A program made the position numbers and the translations under genes. Under the pieces are notes generated by a model. The model had not been told where the DNA came from. It saw only the letters and a list, made by a program, of their open reading frames with translations, and made no database searches. A DNA stretch of 48,792 nt, taken from NCBI GenBank assembly GCA_031414535.1, contig JANNVQ010000028.1, positions 1 through 48,792 of the forward strand, given 5' to 3'. The stretch comes from Gemmatimonas sp. (GTDB lineage: Bacteria > Gemmatimonadota > Gemmatimonadetes > Gemmatimonadales > Gemmatimonadaceae). Below, piece by piece: positions 1-9,689 of this stretch (within the stretch, counting starts at the first letter, position 1; every line of letters begins with the position of its first letter).

Positions 1-3
1 CCA

Positions 4-885
4 ATGATTCGTAGCATGACTGGTTTCGGGGCGGCTGAAGGGGCCGTCGGTGGCTCGCGCATCAGCGTCGAGTTGCGCTCCGTGAACCATCGGTTCTTCA
101 ACCCTAGCCTCAAGCTCCCGCAGGCGATCGCCAAGTGGGAGGCGGAAGTCCGCGAACACCTGCGCCAGCGTATCACGCGCGGGCACCTGACTGTCTCCGC
201 GCGGGTGGTTCGCGACGAGGCCCTTGGCGCGGTAGTGGACGAGGCCAAGTTCGCCGCCGCGGCGGAGGCCCTGAAGGCGCTACAGGTCAGGTACGGACTC
301 GGCGGCGCGGTGGACGTTGGCACGGTGCTGCGCATGCCTGACGTCCTCCAGATCTCTCGCGACGACGCCGGACTCGAGACCGCGACTGCGGACGAAGTGT
401 TGGCAGTGCTCGAAGCCGCTACGAGTGAATTGCAGACGATGCGGGCCGCTGAAGGTGCGCGACTCGCCCAGTTCATCAGCGAGCGCCTGGGGCTCATCGA
501 GCAGTGCGTCGCGCGGATTGCCGTGCGCGCTCCGGAGCGAGTCATTGCCCAGCGCGACCGACTCCGCGAGAACGTAGAGCGGCTTGCCGGTGGGATTGCG
601 GTGGATCCGCAGCGCCTCGCTCAAGAGATCGCCATTCTCTCCGACAAACTGGACGTCGGTGAAGAGTTGGATCGCTTTGCGAGCCACATCACGGCGTTTC
701 GTGAGGCCTTGGCCAGCAAGACCGGCGAAGGCGTCGGGAAGCGCCTCGGCTTCCTCCTGCAGGAAATGCTCCGAGAAGCCAACACCACGGGCAGCAAGGC
801 CAACGACGCCGCGATGCTGCAGGATGTGGTGGCCATCAAGGAGGAGTTGGAGCGCATCCGCGAACAGGTGGAGAACGTCGAGTGA
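4..885 (+). CDS. yicC: YicC/YloC family endoribonuclease
   Basis: N-terminal MIRSMTGFG, RSVNHRF, C-terminal GKRLGFLLQEMLREANTTGSK and ERIREQVENVE; canonical position before gmk. Confidence 0.95.
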   Translation: MIRSMTGFGAAEGAVGGSRISVELRSVNHRFFNPSLKLPQAIAKWEAEVREHLRQRITRGHLTVSARVVRDEALGAVVDEAKFAAAAEALKALQVRYGLGGAVDVGTVLRMPDVLQISRDDAGLETATADEVLAVLEAATSELQTMRAAEGARLAQFISERLGLIEQCVARIAVRAPERVIAQRDRLRENVERLAGGIAVDPQRLAQEIAILSDKLDVGEELDRFASHITAFREALASKTGEGVGKRLGFLLQEMLREANTTGSKANDAAMLQDVVAIKEELERIREQVENVE

Positions 886-1556
886 GCCGACGGCCATTCC
901 CGCTGGTTCTCTCGGCACCTTCGGGCGCCGGCAAGACGACCATCGCTCGGATGTTGCTCGAGCGCCGGGCTGATGTGGGATACTCGGTGTCTTGCACGAC
1001 CCGCTCGCCGCGCAACGGCGAGGTAGACGGCGTGGATTACCACTTTATCACGGCGGAGCAGTTTGACGCGGCCGTGAAGCGAGGCGAGTTCGCCGAGTGG
1101 GCCGAGGTGCACGGGCGCCGCTACGGTACCCTCGTGAGCGAGGTAGAACGGGTGATGGCTGCGGGCCAACACGTGATGCTCGACATTGACGTGCAGGGCG
1201 CCCGCCAGGTGGTGCAACGCTTTCTGGACTCCGTCACCGTGTTCGTGGTGCCGCCCTCTGCAGAGGCCTTGGTTGCCCGCCTGACCGGCCGCAACACAGA
1301 GAGCGACGAGGCCCTCGCCCTGCGTCTACGGAACGCCGTGCTCGAACTCGAGGAAGCCGAGCACTACCAGCACGTGGTCGTCAACGACCATCTCGAAGAT
1401 GCCGTGGCTAAGGTCGGGGCCATCATTGACGACGAGACGCTGAAGCGGGAGCGACTCCCAGCCGTGGGGAACGAGATTAGCCAACTCGTAGAGCAACTCA
1501 AGCTGGACCTCGAGGCCAGGTTCTTAGACAGAAGACGGCAGGCGGAAGGGGCCTAA
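882..1556 (+). CDS. gmk: Guanylate kinase
   Basis: P-loop SAPSGAGKTT, SCTTRSPRNGEVDGVDYHF, YGT, DIDVQGA; GTGA overlap with yicC. Confidence 0.97.
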   Translation: MSRRPFPLVLSAPSGAGKTTIARMLLERRADVGYSVSCTTRSPRNGEVDGVDYHFITAEQFDAAVKRGEFAEWAEVHGRRYGTLVSEVERVMAAGQHVMLDIDVQGARQVVQRFLDSVTVFVVPPSAEALVARLTGRNTESDEALALRLRNAVLELEEAEHYQHVVVNDHLEDAVAKVGAIIDDETLKRERLPAVGNEISQLVEQLKLDLEARFLDRRRQAEGA

Positions 1557-1637
1557 CCCCCATTTCGGGCTGGATTTAGGCCCGTTTCCCGAGTACCTTC
1601 CGTCATATCGCTTTTCTTCTTTTCGGAGTTCCGCCCA

Positions 1638-1850
1638 ATGCAGGTTTTCACCCCGAAGGACATCACCGAGCACGCCACCAACAAGTACCTCGCGGTGCTC
1701 GTGGCGGCCAAGTATGCCCGTGTGCTGAATGAATTCCCGCGCGACCGCGCCAAGGTTGAGAAGAAGCTGTCCACGCGCGCACTCGAAGATCTCGCCGACG
1801 GCTTGATCGAGTATCGCGTCGTGCCGCGTCGTCGCGCCAAGGGCGCGTAA
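1638..1850 (+). CDS. rpoZ: RNA polymerase omega subunit
   Basis: 70 aa, NKYLAVLVAAKYAR motif; gmk-rpoZ-coaBC synteny. Confidence 0.88.
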   Translation: MQVFTPKDITEHATNKYLAVLVAAKYARVLNEFPRDRAKVEKKLSTRALEDLADGLIEYRVVPRRRAKGA

Positions 1851-1884
1851 CCCGCGCGGCACCGGCCGTAATTCGGAACGCCAC

Positions 1885-3084
1885 GTGCGTCCCTTTGACG
1901 GCCGCCGCATTCTCCTTGGAGTTACCGGGGGAATCGCGAGTTACAAATCCGCTTGGCTCGCGCGCCTCCTCACGCAGGCTGGTGCACAAGTGGACGTGGT
2001 GCTCACACGCTCAGCGCGTGAGTTCATCGGCAGCGTGACCTTCGAGGCCCTCACCGGCCGGCCCGTGCATACGGTCCTCATCGGAGACGGGCACGCCCTC
2101 GATCACATTCGGCTCGTGCGTGACGCGCACTTGATGGTCATCGCCCCGGCGACTGCCGATTTCCTGGCGCGCGCAGCGCATGGGCATGCCGACGAGTTGC
2201 TGAGTGCCACGCTGCTTGCGGCGGAGTGCCCCGTGCTCGTCGTGCCGGCGATGAACGACAAGATGTGGGCAAACCCAGCGGTGCAGGCCAACTGCGCGGC
2301 GCTCGTTGCGCAGGGCAAGCGCATCCTCGAGCCGGGCGTTGGACCGCTCGCCTCGCCCGACGAAGGAGCTGGGCAGGGCCGCATGCAGGAGCCTGAGACT
2401 ATCGTCGCGCATTGCGCGCGGTTGCTGTCGCCCGCGTCGAAGCTCAAAGGCAAGCGCGTCGTCGTGACGGCTGGCCCAACGCGTGAGCCGATTGATCCCG
2501 TGCGCTACCTCTCCAATCACAGCACGGGCAAGCAGGGCACGGCACTCGCCGAGGCCGCCTGGCGACGCGGGGCCGATGTGGTGATGGTGCATGGTCATAT
2601 GAGCGCCGCGATTCCCACAGGAGTGCGGGCCAAGGCCGTGGAGACCACGCAAGACATGGCTGAAGCAGTGGCGAGTGAAATCAGCGATGCCGACGTGCTC
2701 GTCATGGCCGCCGCTCCCGCCGACTTTCGCCCGGCTCAAGTAGCGGCGTCCAAGATGAAAAAGATCGGCGCCACACCCTCCCTCGATCTCGTGTACACCC
2801 CTGACGTGCTCAAGACCACCGCCGGCCACCGAAAGCCGGGCATGATCGTGGTCGGTTTCGCGCTCGAGACCGACGACCTTGAGGCGAACGCGCAGAAGAA
2901 GCTCAGCACGAAGGGACTCGACTTCATCGTCGCGAACAACGCGCGCGAAGCCGGTGCGGGATTCGGCTACGACACCAATCGCGTGACCATCATCGCCAAG
3001 AACGGCGAGCCTGAAGCGTTGCCGTTGATGAGCAAGCGTGAGACGGCTGACGCCATCCTCGACCGCATCGAGGCCATGCTGTGA
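1885..3084 (+). CDS. coaBC: Bifunctional phosphopantothenoylcysteine decarboxylase/synthetase
   Basis: GVTGGIASYK, APATA, PAMN, VTAGPTREPIDPVRYLSNHSTGKQG, VGFALET. Confidence 0.96.
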   Translation: MRPFDGRRILLGVTGGIASYKSAWLARLLTQAGAQVDVVLTRSAREFIGSVTFEALTGRPVHTVLIGDGHALDHIRLVRDAHLMVIAPATADFLARAAHGHADELLSATLLAAECPVLVVPAMNDKMWANPAVQANCAALVAQGKRILEPGVGPLASPDEGAGQGRMQEPETIVAHCARLLSPASKLKGKRVVVTAGPTREPIDPVRYLSNHSTGKQGTALAEAAWRRGADVVMVHGHMSAAIPTGVRAKAVETTQDMAEAVASEISDADVLVMAAAPADFRPAQVAASKMKKIGATPSLDLVYTPDVLKTTAGHRKPGMIVVGFALETDDLEANAQKKLSTKGLDFIVANNAREAGAGFGYDTNRVTIIAKNGEPEALPLMSKRETADAILDRIEAML

Positions 3085-4115
3085 GCGACGGCCACGACCG
3101 CCTGCGCCAGTATTTGGAGCAACGTCGCGAACTCGGTGAGAGCGAGTTTGTGCTCGACGGCCTCTCAGTCGAGGACGCGCTGAAGAAGATGACGGGTCGG
3201 GCGCCGAGCGCGAAGACCGCGGGCGCAACGCCACCGCCAACGCGCCCCGACTCTGAGATTCGCCGCAACGCTGAAGCGGCGGCCTCGGGCGGAGACTGGC
3301 GCGACGCGCTTCGCGCCGTTGATGCGGCGGAGCCAGGCAGACCTGCCGCAGCCCAGCCTGCCTCCAAGCCGTCCGCCAAGACCGCCGCCAAGGACAAGAA
3401 GCCCGCCGAACCGCCAGCGCAGACGCCGCCGCAGACCCCGGCGGATCGCCCAAGCTTTGCACCGAACTCGGCTTCGCCCGCGGTGCCGGACACCCGTTCA
3501 CCAAGCGCGTCTGGCGAGCCCTTGATTGTGGGCGCGAACTCAGCACCCAGTGGTTTACATCAGCTTGAGACCTTAGACGCCGTCGCGGCCGCGATTGGCG
3601 CCTGCAAGCTCTGCACGCTCTCGAGCACGGCCCAGAACCACGTGCCGGGCGAGGGGAATCCGCTCGCACGCTTCGTCGTGGTGGGGGAAGCGCCCGGGCA
3701 GACCGAAGATGAGCTCGGCCGCCCCTTCGTGGGCAAAAGCGGTGACCTGCTCACCAAGATTCTTGAGGCCATCGGCTTCAAGCGCCAGGACGTATTTATC
3801 TGCAACGTCCTCAAGCACCGGCCGCCCGGGAATCGCAATCCAGCCACGGATGAGATTCTGGCCTGCCGCCCGTTCTTGTTGCGGCAGTTGGAGTTACTGC
3901 AACCCAAGGTGATTCTGGCCGTCGGCACCTTTGCGGCGCAGACGCTCTTGGAGACAGATTCCCCTATCGGAAAGCTCCGCGGTTTGGAGCATCGGTACCA
4001 CGGCATCCCGCTCGTGGCGACGTACCACCCCGCCGCGTTGCTGCGGAACCCCAATTGGAAGCGCCCGGCCTGGGAAGATGTCCAGCTCGCCCGTCGAATT
4101 TTCGATCGCCCGTAA
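3081..4115 (+). CDS. Family-4 (Fe-S) uracil-DNA glycosylase with Pro/Ala-rich N-terminal linker
   Basis: CKLC, GEAPG, RPFVGKSG, KHRPPGNRNP, TYHPAALLR. Confidence 0.92.
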   Translation: MSDGHDRLRQYLEQRRELGESEFVLDGLSVEDALKKMTGRAPSAKTAGATPPPTRPDSEIRRNAEAAASGGDWRDALRAVDAAEPGRPAAAQPASKPSAKTAAKDKKPAEPPAQTPPQTPADRPSFAPNSASPAVPDTRSPSASGEPLIVGANSAPSGLHQLETLDAVAAAIGACKLCTLSSTAQNHVPGEGNPLARFVVVGEAPGQTEDELGRPFVGKSGDLLTKILEAIGFKRQDVFICNVLKHRPPGNRNPATDEILACRPFLLRQLELLQPKVILAVGTFAAQTLLETDSPIGKLRGLEHRYHGIPLVATYHPAALLRNPNWKRPAWEDVQLARRIFDRP

Positions 4116-5514
4116 GGGCTCGCCTGATACGTTCGCAGACCGCCGGCCACCTTGGTCGGAGGATGCGGAGCGTGCGGTCCTCGCAGCGATGCTGCTCTCC
4201 GGTGATGCCATCATCACCGTGATGGAGCTCGTCACCGAGGACATGTTCTACCGTGAGGGCCATCGTCGCCTGTTCCGCGCGATGTCATCGCTCCAAGCGG
4301 CGGGCGCGGCGGTGGATCCGCTCACGCTCTCGAACGAACTCGAGCAGCGCGGCGATCTGGCCGCGGCTGGCGGTAAGGAAATCATCGGTGGCTTGCTCGA
4401 TGAAATCCCCACCGCGGCGAACGTCGAGCATCACTGCCGCATCGTGCGCGACAAGGCGCTACGGCGTCGCCTGATTGAGACCGCAACCTCGCTCGTCCGC
4501 GAGGGCCACGAGAGTCCCGCTGACGTCTCCGAGTTGCTCGACCTCGCGGAACACAAGATTCTGGAGCTCAACGACAGCCGTGGTAGCGCCGGATTCGTGC
4601 GCATCAAGTCGCTGCTCTGGAGCGCGATGGAGCGCATCGAGTTCCTTCGAACCGCCGGTGGCAATCTCACCGGCGTGCCTTCGGGCTTCATGGATCTCGA
4701 CAAGTTGACGCTGGGCTTCCAGCCGTCTGATCTCGTCATCGTCGCGGCGCGTCCCTCAATGGGCAAGACGGCCTTCGTGCTCAACGTCGCGCAATACGCC
4801 GCCATCGAAGGCAATGTTCCGACGGCGGTCTTCTCGCTGGAAATGAGTACTCAGTCTCTCCTGTTGCGTATGCTCGCCTCGGAGGGATATGTGGATGCCC
4901 AGCGTTTGCGGTCTGGCCAATTGACCGCGCAGGACGCGTCGAACCTCGCCAAGGCCGCGGCCTTGCTGGGGCAAGCGCCCATTTGGATTGACGACACGCC
5001 GGGCCTCTCTGTGCTCGAGGTGCGCTCGCGTGCGCGGCGCTTGAAGACGCAGTCGGATATCAAACTGCTCATCATCGATTACTTGCAACTGCTCTCTGGC
5101 CCGCCAAACTCCGAGAGCCGTCAGCAGGAAGTGTCGGCCATCTCGCGATCGTTGAAGGCGCTGGCCAAGGAACTCAACATTCCCGTCGTCGCGCTCTCGC
5201 AGCTCTCGCGTGCCTCCGAGCAGCGCGGTGGCGAAAATCGTCGTCCGCAACTGTCCGACCTTCGCGACTCGGGCGCCATCGAACAGGACGCCGACGTGGT
5301 GCTGTTCATCTATCGTCCGGAAATGAACGAACGTCCGTACGACGATCAAGGCAATCCGCGCATGGTCACTGGCACCACGGACGTGCCGCTCGACGGCTAT
5401 TCCGAAGTGATTGTCGCTAAGCAGCGTAACGGCCCAACAGGCCATATCCGCCTGCATTACCGCAAGAGCCACACGCGCTTCGAGAACTGGACCAGCCGCG
5501 CGAACGAGGGGTGA
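4078..5514 (+). CDS. dnaB: Replicative DNA helicase
   Basis: PPWSEDAERAVL, AARPSMGKT, IDYLQL, SQLSR, DLRDSGAIEQDAD, KQRNGPTG; start placed at ATG 4078 inside the longer ORF. Confidence 0.95.
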   Translation: MSSSPVEFSIARKGSPDTFADRRPPWSEDAERAVLAAMLLSGDAIITVMELVTEDMFYREGHRRLFRAMSSLQAAGAAVDPLTLSNELEQRGDLAAAGGKEIIGGLLDEIPTAANVEHHCRIVRDKALRRRLIETATSLVREGHESPADVSELLDLAEHKILELNDSRGSAGFVRIKSLLWSAMERIEFLRTAGGNLTGVPSGFMDLDKLTLGFQPSDLVIVAARPSMGKTAFVLNVAQYAAIEGNVPTAVFSLEMSTQSLLLRMLASEGYVDAQRLRSGQLTAQDASNLAKAAALLGQAPIWIDDTPGLSVLEVRSRARRLKTQSDIKLLIIDYLQLLSGPPNSESRQQEVSAISRSLKALAKELNIPVVALSQLSRASEQRGGENRRPQLSDLRDSGAIEQDADVVLFIYRPEMNERPYDDQGNPRMVTGTTDVPLDGYSEVIVAKQRNGPTGHIRLHYRKSHTRFENWTSRANEG

Positions 5515-5548
5515 TGCGCCACCTGTCGCGCTCAGCCGGGGCTTGGCC

Positions 5549-6955
5549 GTGGCAGTGAAGTCCAAGTCGGTGTATCGCTGCACAGACTGCGGCGCAGAAT
5601 CCCTGCGCTGGCAGGGCAAGTGCGATACCTGCGGCGAGTGGAACACGCTCGTTGAGGAATTGGCTGCGCCCAAGGTTAGCGCATCGAAAGCCGCTGGTGC
5701 ACAGCGCCGCCTCGCAGGCGCCGCCGCTTACGGGGAAGGCGGGCAAGTCGTGAACACGCCGAAGCTGCGCGATGTAGTCGGCGCGGAGGAACATCGCCTC
5801 AAAACCGGAATTGCTGAGTTCGACTTTGTACTCGGCGGTGGCGTGGTGCCGGGTTCCATGGTGCTCGTGGGCGGCGAACCAGGCATCGGCAAGTCCACGA
5901 TTCTCCTGCAGGTCGCCGCAAGACTCGAGGCGGCTGGATACAGCAGCCTCTACGTGAGCGGCGAAGAGTCTCCGCTGCAAGTGAAGCTGCGCGCCGATCG
6001 CTTGGACTCCAGCGCTGGATCTGTGGCTCTCCTTGGCGAGACGAATCTCGAGACCATTCTTGCCACCGCGGCCAATTCATCGCCCAAGGTGATGATTGTG
6101 GACTCCATTCAAACGGTTTTCACGGGCGACCTCGAAGGCGCGCCAGGCAACGTGGGGCAAGTGCGCGAGTGCGCGGCTCGCTTAATGCGCTTCGCCAAGG
6201 AAACGGGCACGGCCGTCTTCGTGGTTGGCCACGTCACCAAGGGTGGCGGTATCGCCGGCCCGAAGACGCTGGAGCACATCGTAGACACCGTGCTGTACTT
6301 CGAAGGCGAAGGCTCCGCGGATCATCGCGTGCTGCGTGCGACGAAGAATCGCTTCGGCAGCGTGGACGAGATCGGCGTGTTTCGTATGACGGTGCAGGGA
6401 CTTGAAGCCGTTGATAATCCCAGTGCGCTCTTTCTTGGAGAGCGGAGTGAATCGCCGGCGTCAGGTTCTGCCGTTACCTGTTTGCTAGAGGGCTCCCGGC
6501 CGATGCTCCTGGAAGTCCAGGGTCTCGCCGCCAAAGCTGGCTTCGGCACTCCACAGCGTGTGGCCACGGGCTACGACGGACGTCGGCTTGCCTTACTGCT
6601 CGCCGTGCTCGACAAGCGTGCCGGACTTTCTTTCGCGCAGCTCGACGTGTTCCTTAACGTTGTTGGCGGCGTGCGCATGCAGGAGCCAGCTGGCGATCTC
6701 GCGGTCGCGGCAGCACTGGCCTCGAGCTTCTACGACAAGCCCTTGCCTGGTGACGCCATCTTCATCGGCGAAGTGGGACTCGGCGGCGAGATTCGCGGTG
6801 TGTCGCAGGCGGAGCGTCGTTTGCTTGAGGCCGAGAAGATGGGTATGCGCCGCGCCTTCGTGAGCGCGCGTTCGGTGCCCAAGCGCGCACCGAAGCATCT
6901 CAAGATTGAGAGTGTGCCTGATCTCGTGGCGCTCTTTCGGGCGCTGTTCCGATGA
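5549..6955 (+). CDS. radA: DNA repair protein RadA/Sms
   Basis: Zn finger CTDCG...CDTCGEWNT, GEPGIGKST, KNRFG, Lon-like C-terminus; start (GTG 5549) approximate. Confidence 0.95.
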   Translation: MAVKSKSVYRCTDCGAESLRWQGKCDTCGEWNTLVEELAAPKVSASKAAGAQRRLAGAAAYGEGGQVVNTPKLRDVVGAEEHRLKTGIAEFDFVLGGGVVPGSMVLVGGEPGIGKSTILLQVAARLEAAGYSSLYVSGEESPLQVKLRADRLDSSAGSVALLGETNLETILATAANSSPKVMIVDSIQTVFTGDLEGAPGNVGQVRECAARLMRFAKETGTAVFVVGHVTKGGGIAGPKTLEHIVDTVLYFEGEGSADHRVLRATKNRFGSVDEIGVFRMTVQGLEAVDNPSALFLGERSESPASGSAVTCLLEGSRPMLLEVQGLAAKAGFGTPQRVATGYDGRRLALLLAVLDKRAGLSFAQLDVFLNVVGGVRMQEPAGDLAVAAALASSFYDKPLPGDAIFIGEVGLGGEIRGVSQAERRLLEAEKMGMRRAFVSARSVPKRAPKHLKIESVPDLVALFRALFR

Positions 6956-7659
6956 GCCGCGATGTAGGCGTGGTCATCGTGGCCGGTGGCTCCGGCAGCC
7001 GCATGGGCGGCGGGGAACTCAAGCAAATGCGGTGGGTGGCCGGCAAGCCCATGTTGCTACACTCGCTGCAGGCGTTCCAGAAGATTATCGAAGTTGGCAT
7101 GGTGGTCTGCGTGTTGCCCAAGCAGTACGCGGGCGATCCACCGCCTTGGCTTTTTCAGTGCGACACCGACCGCATGCTCATCTCTGTGGGCGGGCGTACG
7201 CGCGCCGAGTCTGTGGCAAACGGTCTCGAGGACTTACCAGCTGAATGCACCACCGTGCTCGTGCACGATGCCGCGCGGCCGCTCGTGAGCGAAGCGATGA
7301 TTCGGCGCGTGATTGCTCAGGCCAAACAGGGACACGCCACCATTGCTGCGTTACCGGTGGTGGACACGCTGAAGCGCGTGAACGCCGATGGGCTCATTGT
7401 CGAGACCGTGAGCCGCGAGAACCTTTGGCGCGCCCAGACGCCGCAAGGTTTTCCCCGCACGCTGATTGAGCGCGCGCATCGCGAGGCCAAAGCGGGCGGC
7501 TGGCACGGCGAGGCGACCGACGATGCCGCGCTCTGCGAGAGACTTGGTGTGCCCGTGCGAGTGGTGCGCGGGAGTGAGGCGGCCATGAAGGTCACGGAGG
7601 AAGGGGACTTCTCGCGCGCTGAATTGCTCGCCGGCCTGCGCGAGGAATCCGATGCCTGA
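6952..7659 (+). CDS. ispD: 2-C-methyl-D-erythritol 4-phosphate cytidylyltransferase
   Basis: AGGSGSRMG, LVHDAARP, DTLK, QTPQGF, TDDA. Confidence 0.95.
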   Translation: MSRDVGVVIVAGGSGSRMGGGELKQMRWVAGKPMLLHSLQAFQKIIEVGMVVCVLPKQYAGDPPPWLFQCDTDRMLISVGGRTRAESVANGLEDLPAECTTVLVHDAARPLVSEAMIRRVIAQAKQGHATIAALPVVDTLKRVNADGLIVETVSRENLWRAQTPQGFPRTLIERAHREAKAGGWHGEATDDAALCERLGVPVRVVRGSEAAMKVTEEGDFSRAELLAGLREESDA

Positions 7660-8320
7660 GGCCCGCGGCCTTCCGTTTTGGTCGCCTGAGGAAGTGCGCG
7701 CAGCCATTGCCAAGGCGCTCAATCATCTGCGTGATGGGCGGATTCTCGCGTATCCCACGGAGACGCTCTACGGCTTCGGCACGATGATTGACAACGATGC
7801 GGTGGAGCGACTGGTCGCGCTCAAACGACGTCCGCCCGCCAAGCCGTTCTTGCTGCTCATCTCCGATACGCCAATGCTTGCGCGCATCGGTTTGCATCTC
7901 ACGCAGTCGGCCGCGATGCTCGCGGCTCGGCACTGGCCCGGCCCGTTGACGCTCGTTCTCCCTGGGGGCGAGCATCGCATTCCCTCGCGCCTGCGCGGTC
8001 CCGAGGGCGGGGTCGCCGTGCGTTGGACTCCGCATCCGGGTTTGCAACAGCTCATTGCGGCGCTCGGTGATCCCATCACGAGCACCAGCGCGAATCGCCC
8101 GGGTGAGCCGGCGGCTACATCGGCGCGCGAAGTGTTAGTGCAGTTTCCCTCCGCCATTGCGAGCGGTGATGTGATGCTTCTGGATGCGGGCAGGCTCTCG
8201 ACGGACACCGCCAGCACCGTTGTGGACTGCACGGGCGCGCGACCGCGCGTCATTAGGCCAGGCGCCATCCCCGCCGCCGTTCTTCGGGAGTCAGTCCCGG
8301 ATCTCGTCGGCGACCGATAG
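7652..8320 (+). CDS. tsaC: L-threonylcarbamoyladenylate synthase (TsaC/YrdC, short form)
   Basis: YPTETLYG, KRRP..KP, WPGPLTLVL, TSTSAN, STVVD. Confidence 0.9.
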   Translation: MPEARGLPFWSPEEVRAAIAKALNHLRDGRILAYPTETLYGFGTMIDNDAVERLVALKRRPPAKPFLLLISDTPMLARIGLHLTQSAAMLAARHWPGPLTLVLPGGEHRIPSRLRGPEGGVAVRWTPHPGLQQLIAALGDPITSTSANRPGEPAATSAREVLVQFPSAIASGDVMLLDAGRLSTDTASTVVDCTGARPRVIRPGAIPAAVLRESVPDLVGDR

Positions 8321-8330
8321 AATTCTGGAT

Positions 8331-8801
8331 ATGCAGCTTCTCTTCGTTTGCACCGGGAACACCTGTCGCTCTCCGATGGCCGAGGCTATCGCGCGTGCGG
8401 CCATCAGAGCGCGTGGGCTGACTGATATCAAGGTTGGAAGCGCGGGCACCAGCGCGTGGGAAGGCTCGCCAGCCTCAGACGGCGCCCTTCTCGTTGCCCT
8501 AGAGCATGGACTGGCGCTTGAGACACATCGTGCGCGCACGCTCTCCCGTGAGCTGATTGAAGGCGCTGACCTCGTGCTTACTATGGGTCCGCATCACGCC
8601 GAGCGCGCCAATGCCTTGGGCGGTGCCAAGAAGACGCATCTCCTCATGCAGTATGCGTCGAACGGGAACGAGACGACGGCCGTGGGCGATCCCTTCGGCG
8701 GCGACCTCGACGCCTACCGCACGACGTTCGCCGAGCTTGAAGGCGCCATCGAGAAGGTGTTGGATCGGCTCGCGGCGGAGCACCGCGCGCAGGAGTCGTG
8801 A
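8331..8801 (+). CDS. Low-molecular-weight protein phosphatase, YwlE-like (probable arginine phosphatase)
   Basis: LFVCTGNTCRSPMAE P-loop, DPFGG acid loop; ATG at 8331. Confidence 0.88.
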   Translation: MQLLFVCTGNTCRSPMAEAIARAAIRARGLTDIKVGSAGTSAWEGSPASDGALLVALEHGLALETHRARTLSRELIEGADLVLTMGPHHAERANALGGAKKTHLLMQYASNGNETTAVGDPFGGDLDAYRTTFAELEGAIEKVLDRLAAEHRAQES

Positions 8802-9634
8802 GCGAGACGCAGCGTCCGCGGAGGCTCGTGCTCCTTGGGCATCCGGTCTCTCACTCACTCTCGCCGCGCTTTCAACAGGCCGCGTTGGACCATCACCGCA
8901 TCGCCTTGCGATACGAGGCGCTGGACGTGGCTCCCGATCAGCTGCACGGCGTCGTCGCGGACCTCCGCGCCGAGCACGCGGCGGGCAATGTCACCTTGCC
9001 GCACAAGACGGCGTTTTCGGTTCTGTGCGCGTCACGAAGTGCGGTGGCGGCACGTGCAGATGCAGTGAACACCTTCTGGTATGATGCGGGCGGATCCTTG
9101 CACGGTGACAACACCGACGTCGCCGGATTTCTGTTCGCTCTACGTCGGTTGCTTGGCCGAGAACTAAGAGGCCTGCACGCAGTGGTGCTCGGCGCGGGCG
9201 GTGCGGCGGCGGGCGTGACTGAGGCGCTCGCTGGTCTCGGTGACGTGAAGCTCACCGTGCACGCGCGTAATCTGGCTGCCGCGAATGACCTGCTGAAGTC
9301 GTTCGGCGCCGCGGGCAGCGCGACTGATGGGACGGAGTCCGCACTCATCGCTGCACTTGCCTCGGCCCACGTCGTGGTGAACGCAACCTCACTCGGCATC
9401 GAGGGGCACGACGAGCTTCCGCTCAATCCCGCGCTGTTGAGGCCCGACTGCGCGGCGCTCGACCTCACGTACCGCCGCGAAGGCCTCACGCCCTGGGTGC
9501 GCGAGTTACGCGAGCTCAAGCGCACGGCGGACGACGGTAAGACCATGCTCCTTGAACAGGGCGCGCTGGCGTTCGAGCGCTGGTTTGGCATCGAAGCCCC
9601 GCGCCAAGTGATGGCTCGTGCAATAGGCCGCTGA
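8798..9634 (+). CDS. aroE: Shikimate dehydrogenase
   Basis: GHPVSHSLSP, NVTLPHK, AVNT, DNTD, GAGGAA, NATSLG, MLLEQG. Confidence 0.93.
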   Translation: MSETQRPRRLVLLGHPVSHSLSPRFQQAALDHHRIALRYEALDVAPDQLHGVVADLRAEHAAGNVTLPHKTAFSVLCASRSAVAARADAVNTFWYDAGGSLHGDNTDVAGFLFALRRLLGRELRGLHAVVLGAGGAAAGVTEALAGLGDVKLTVHARNLAAANDLLKSFGAAGSATDGTESALIAALASAHVVVNATSLGIEGHDELPLNPALLRPDCAALDLTYRREGLTPWVRELRELKRTADDGKTMLLEQGALAFERWFGIEAPRQVMARAIGR

Positions 9635-9689
9635 GGGCGGCACTTTTACAGTGACGTCGTGGAGCCCGCTTGGTGCAGGCTAGGCGATC

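Noticed and set aside
2011..3669. 552-aa antisense ORF over coaBC/udg
   Set aside because: Shadow ORF of GC-rich coding sequence; no motifs, fully opposite well-supported genes
5320..5400. Possible intein or insertion in DnaB
   Set aside because: Only a ~20-aa loop with no intein terminal motifs
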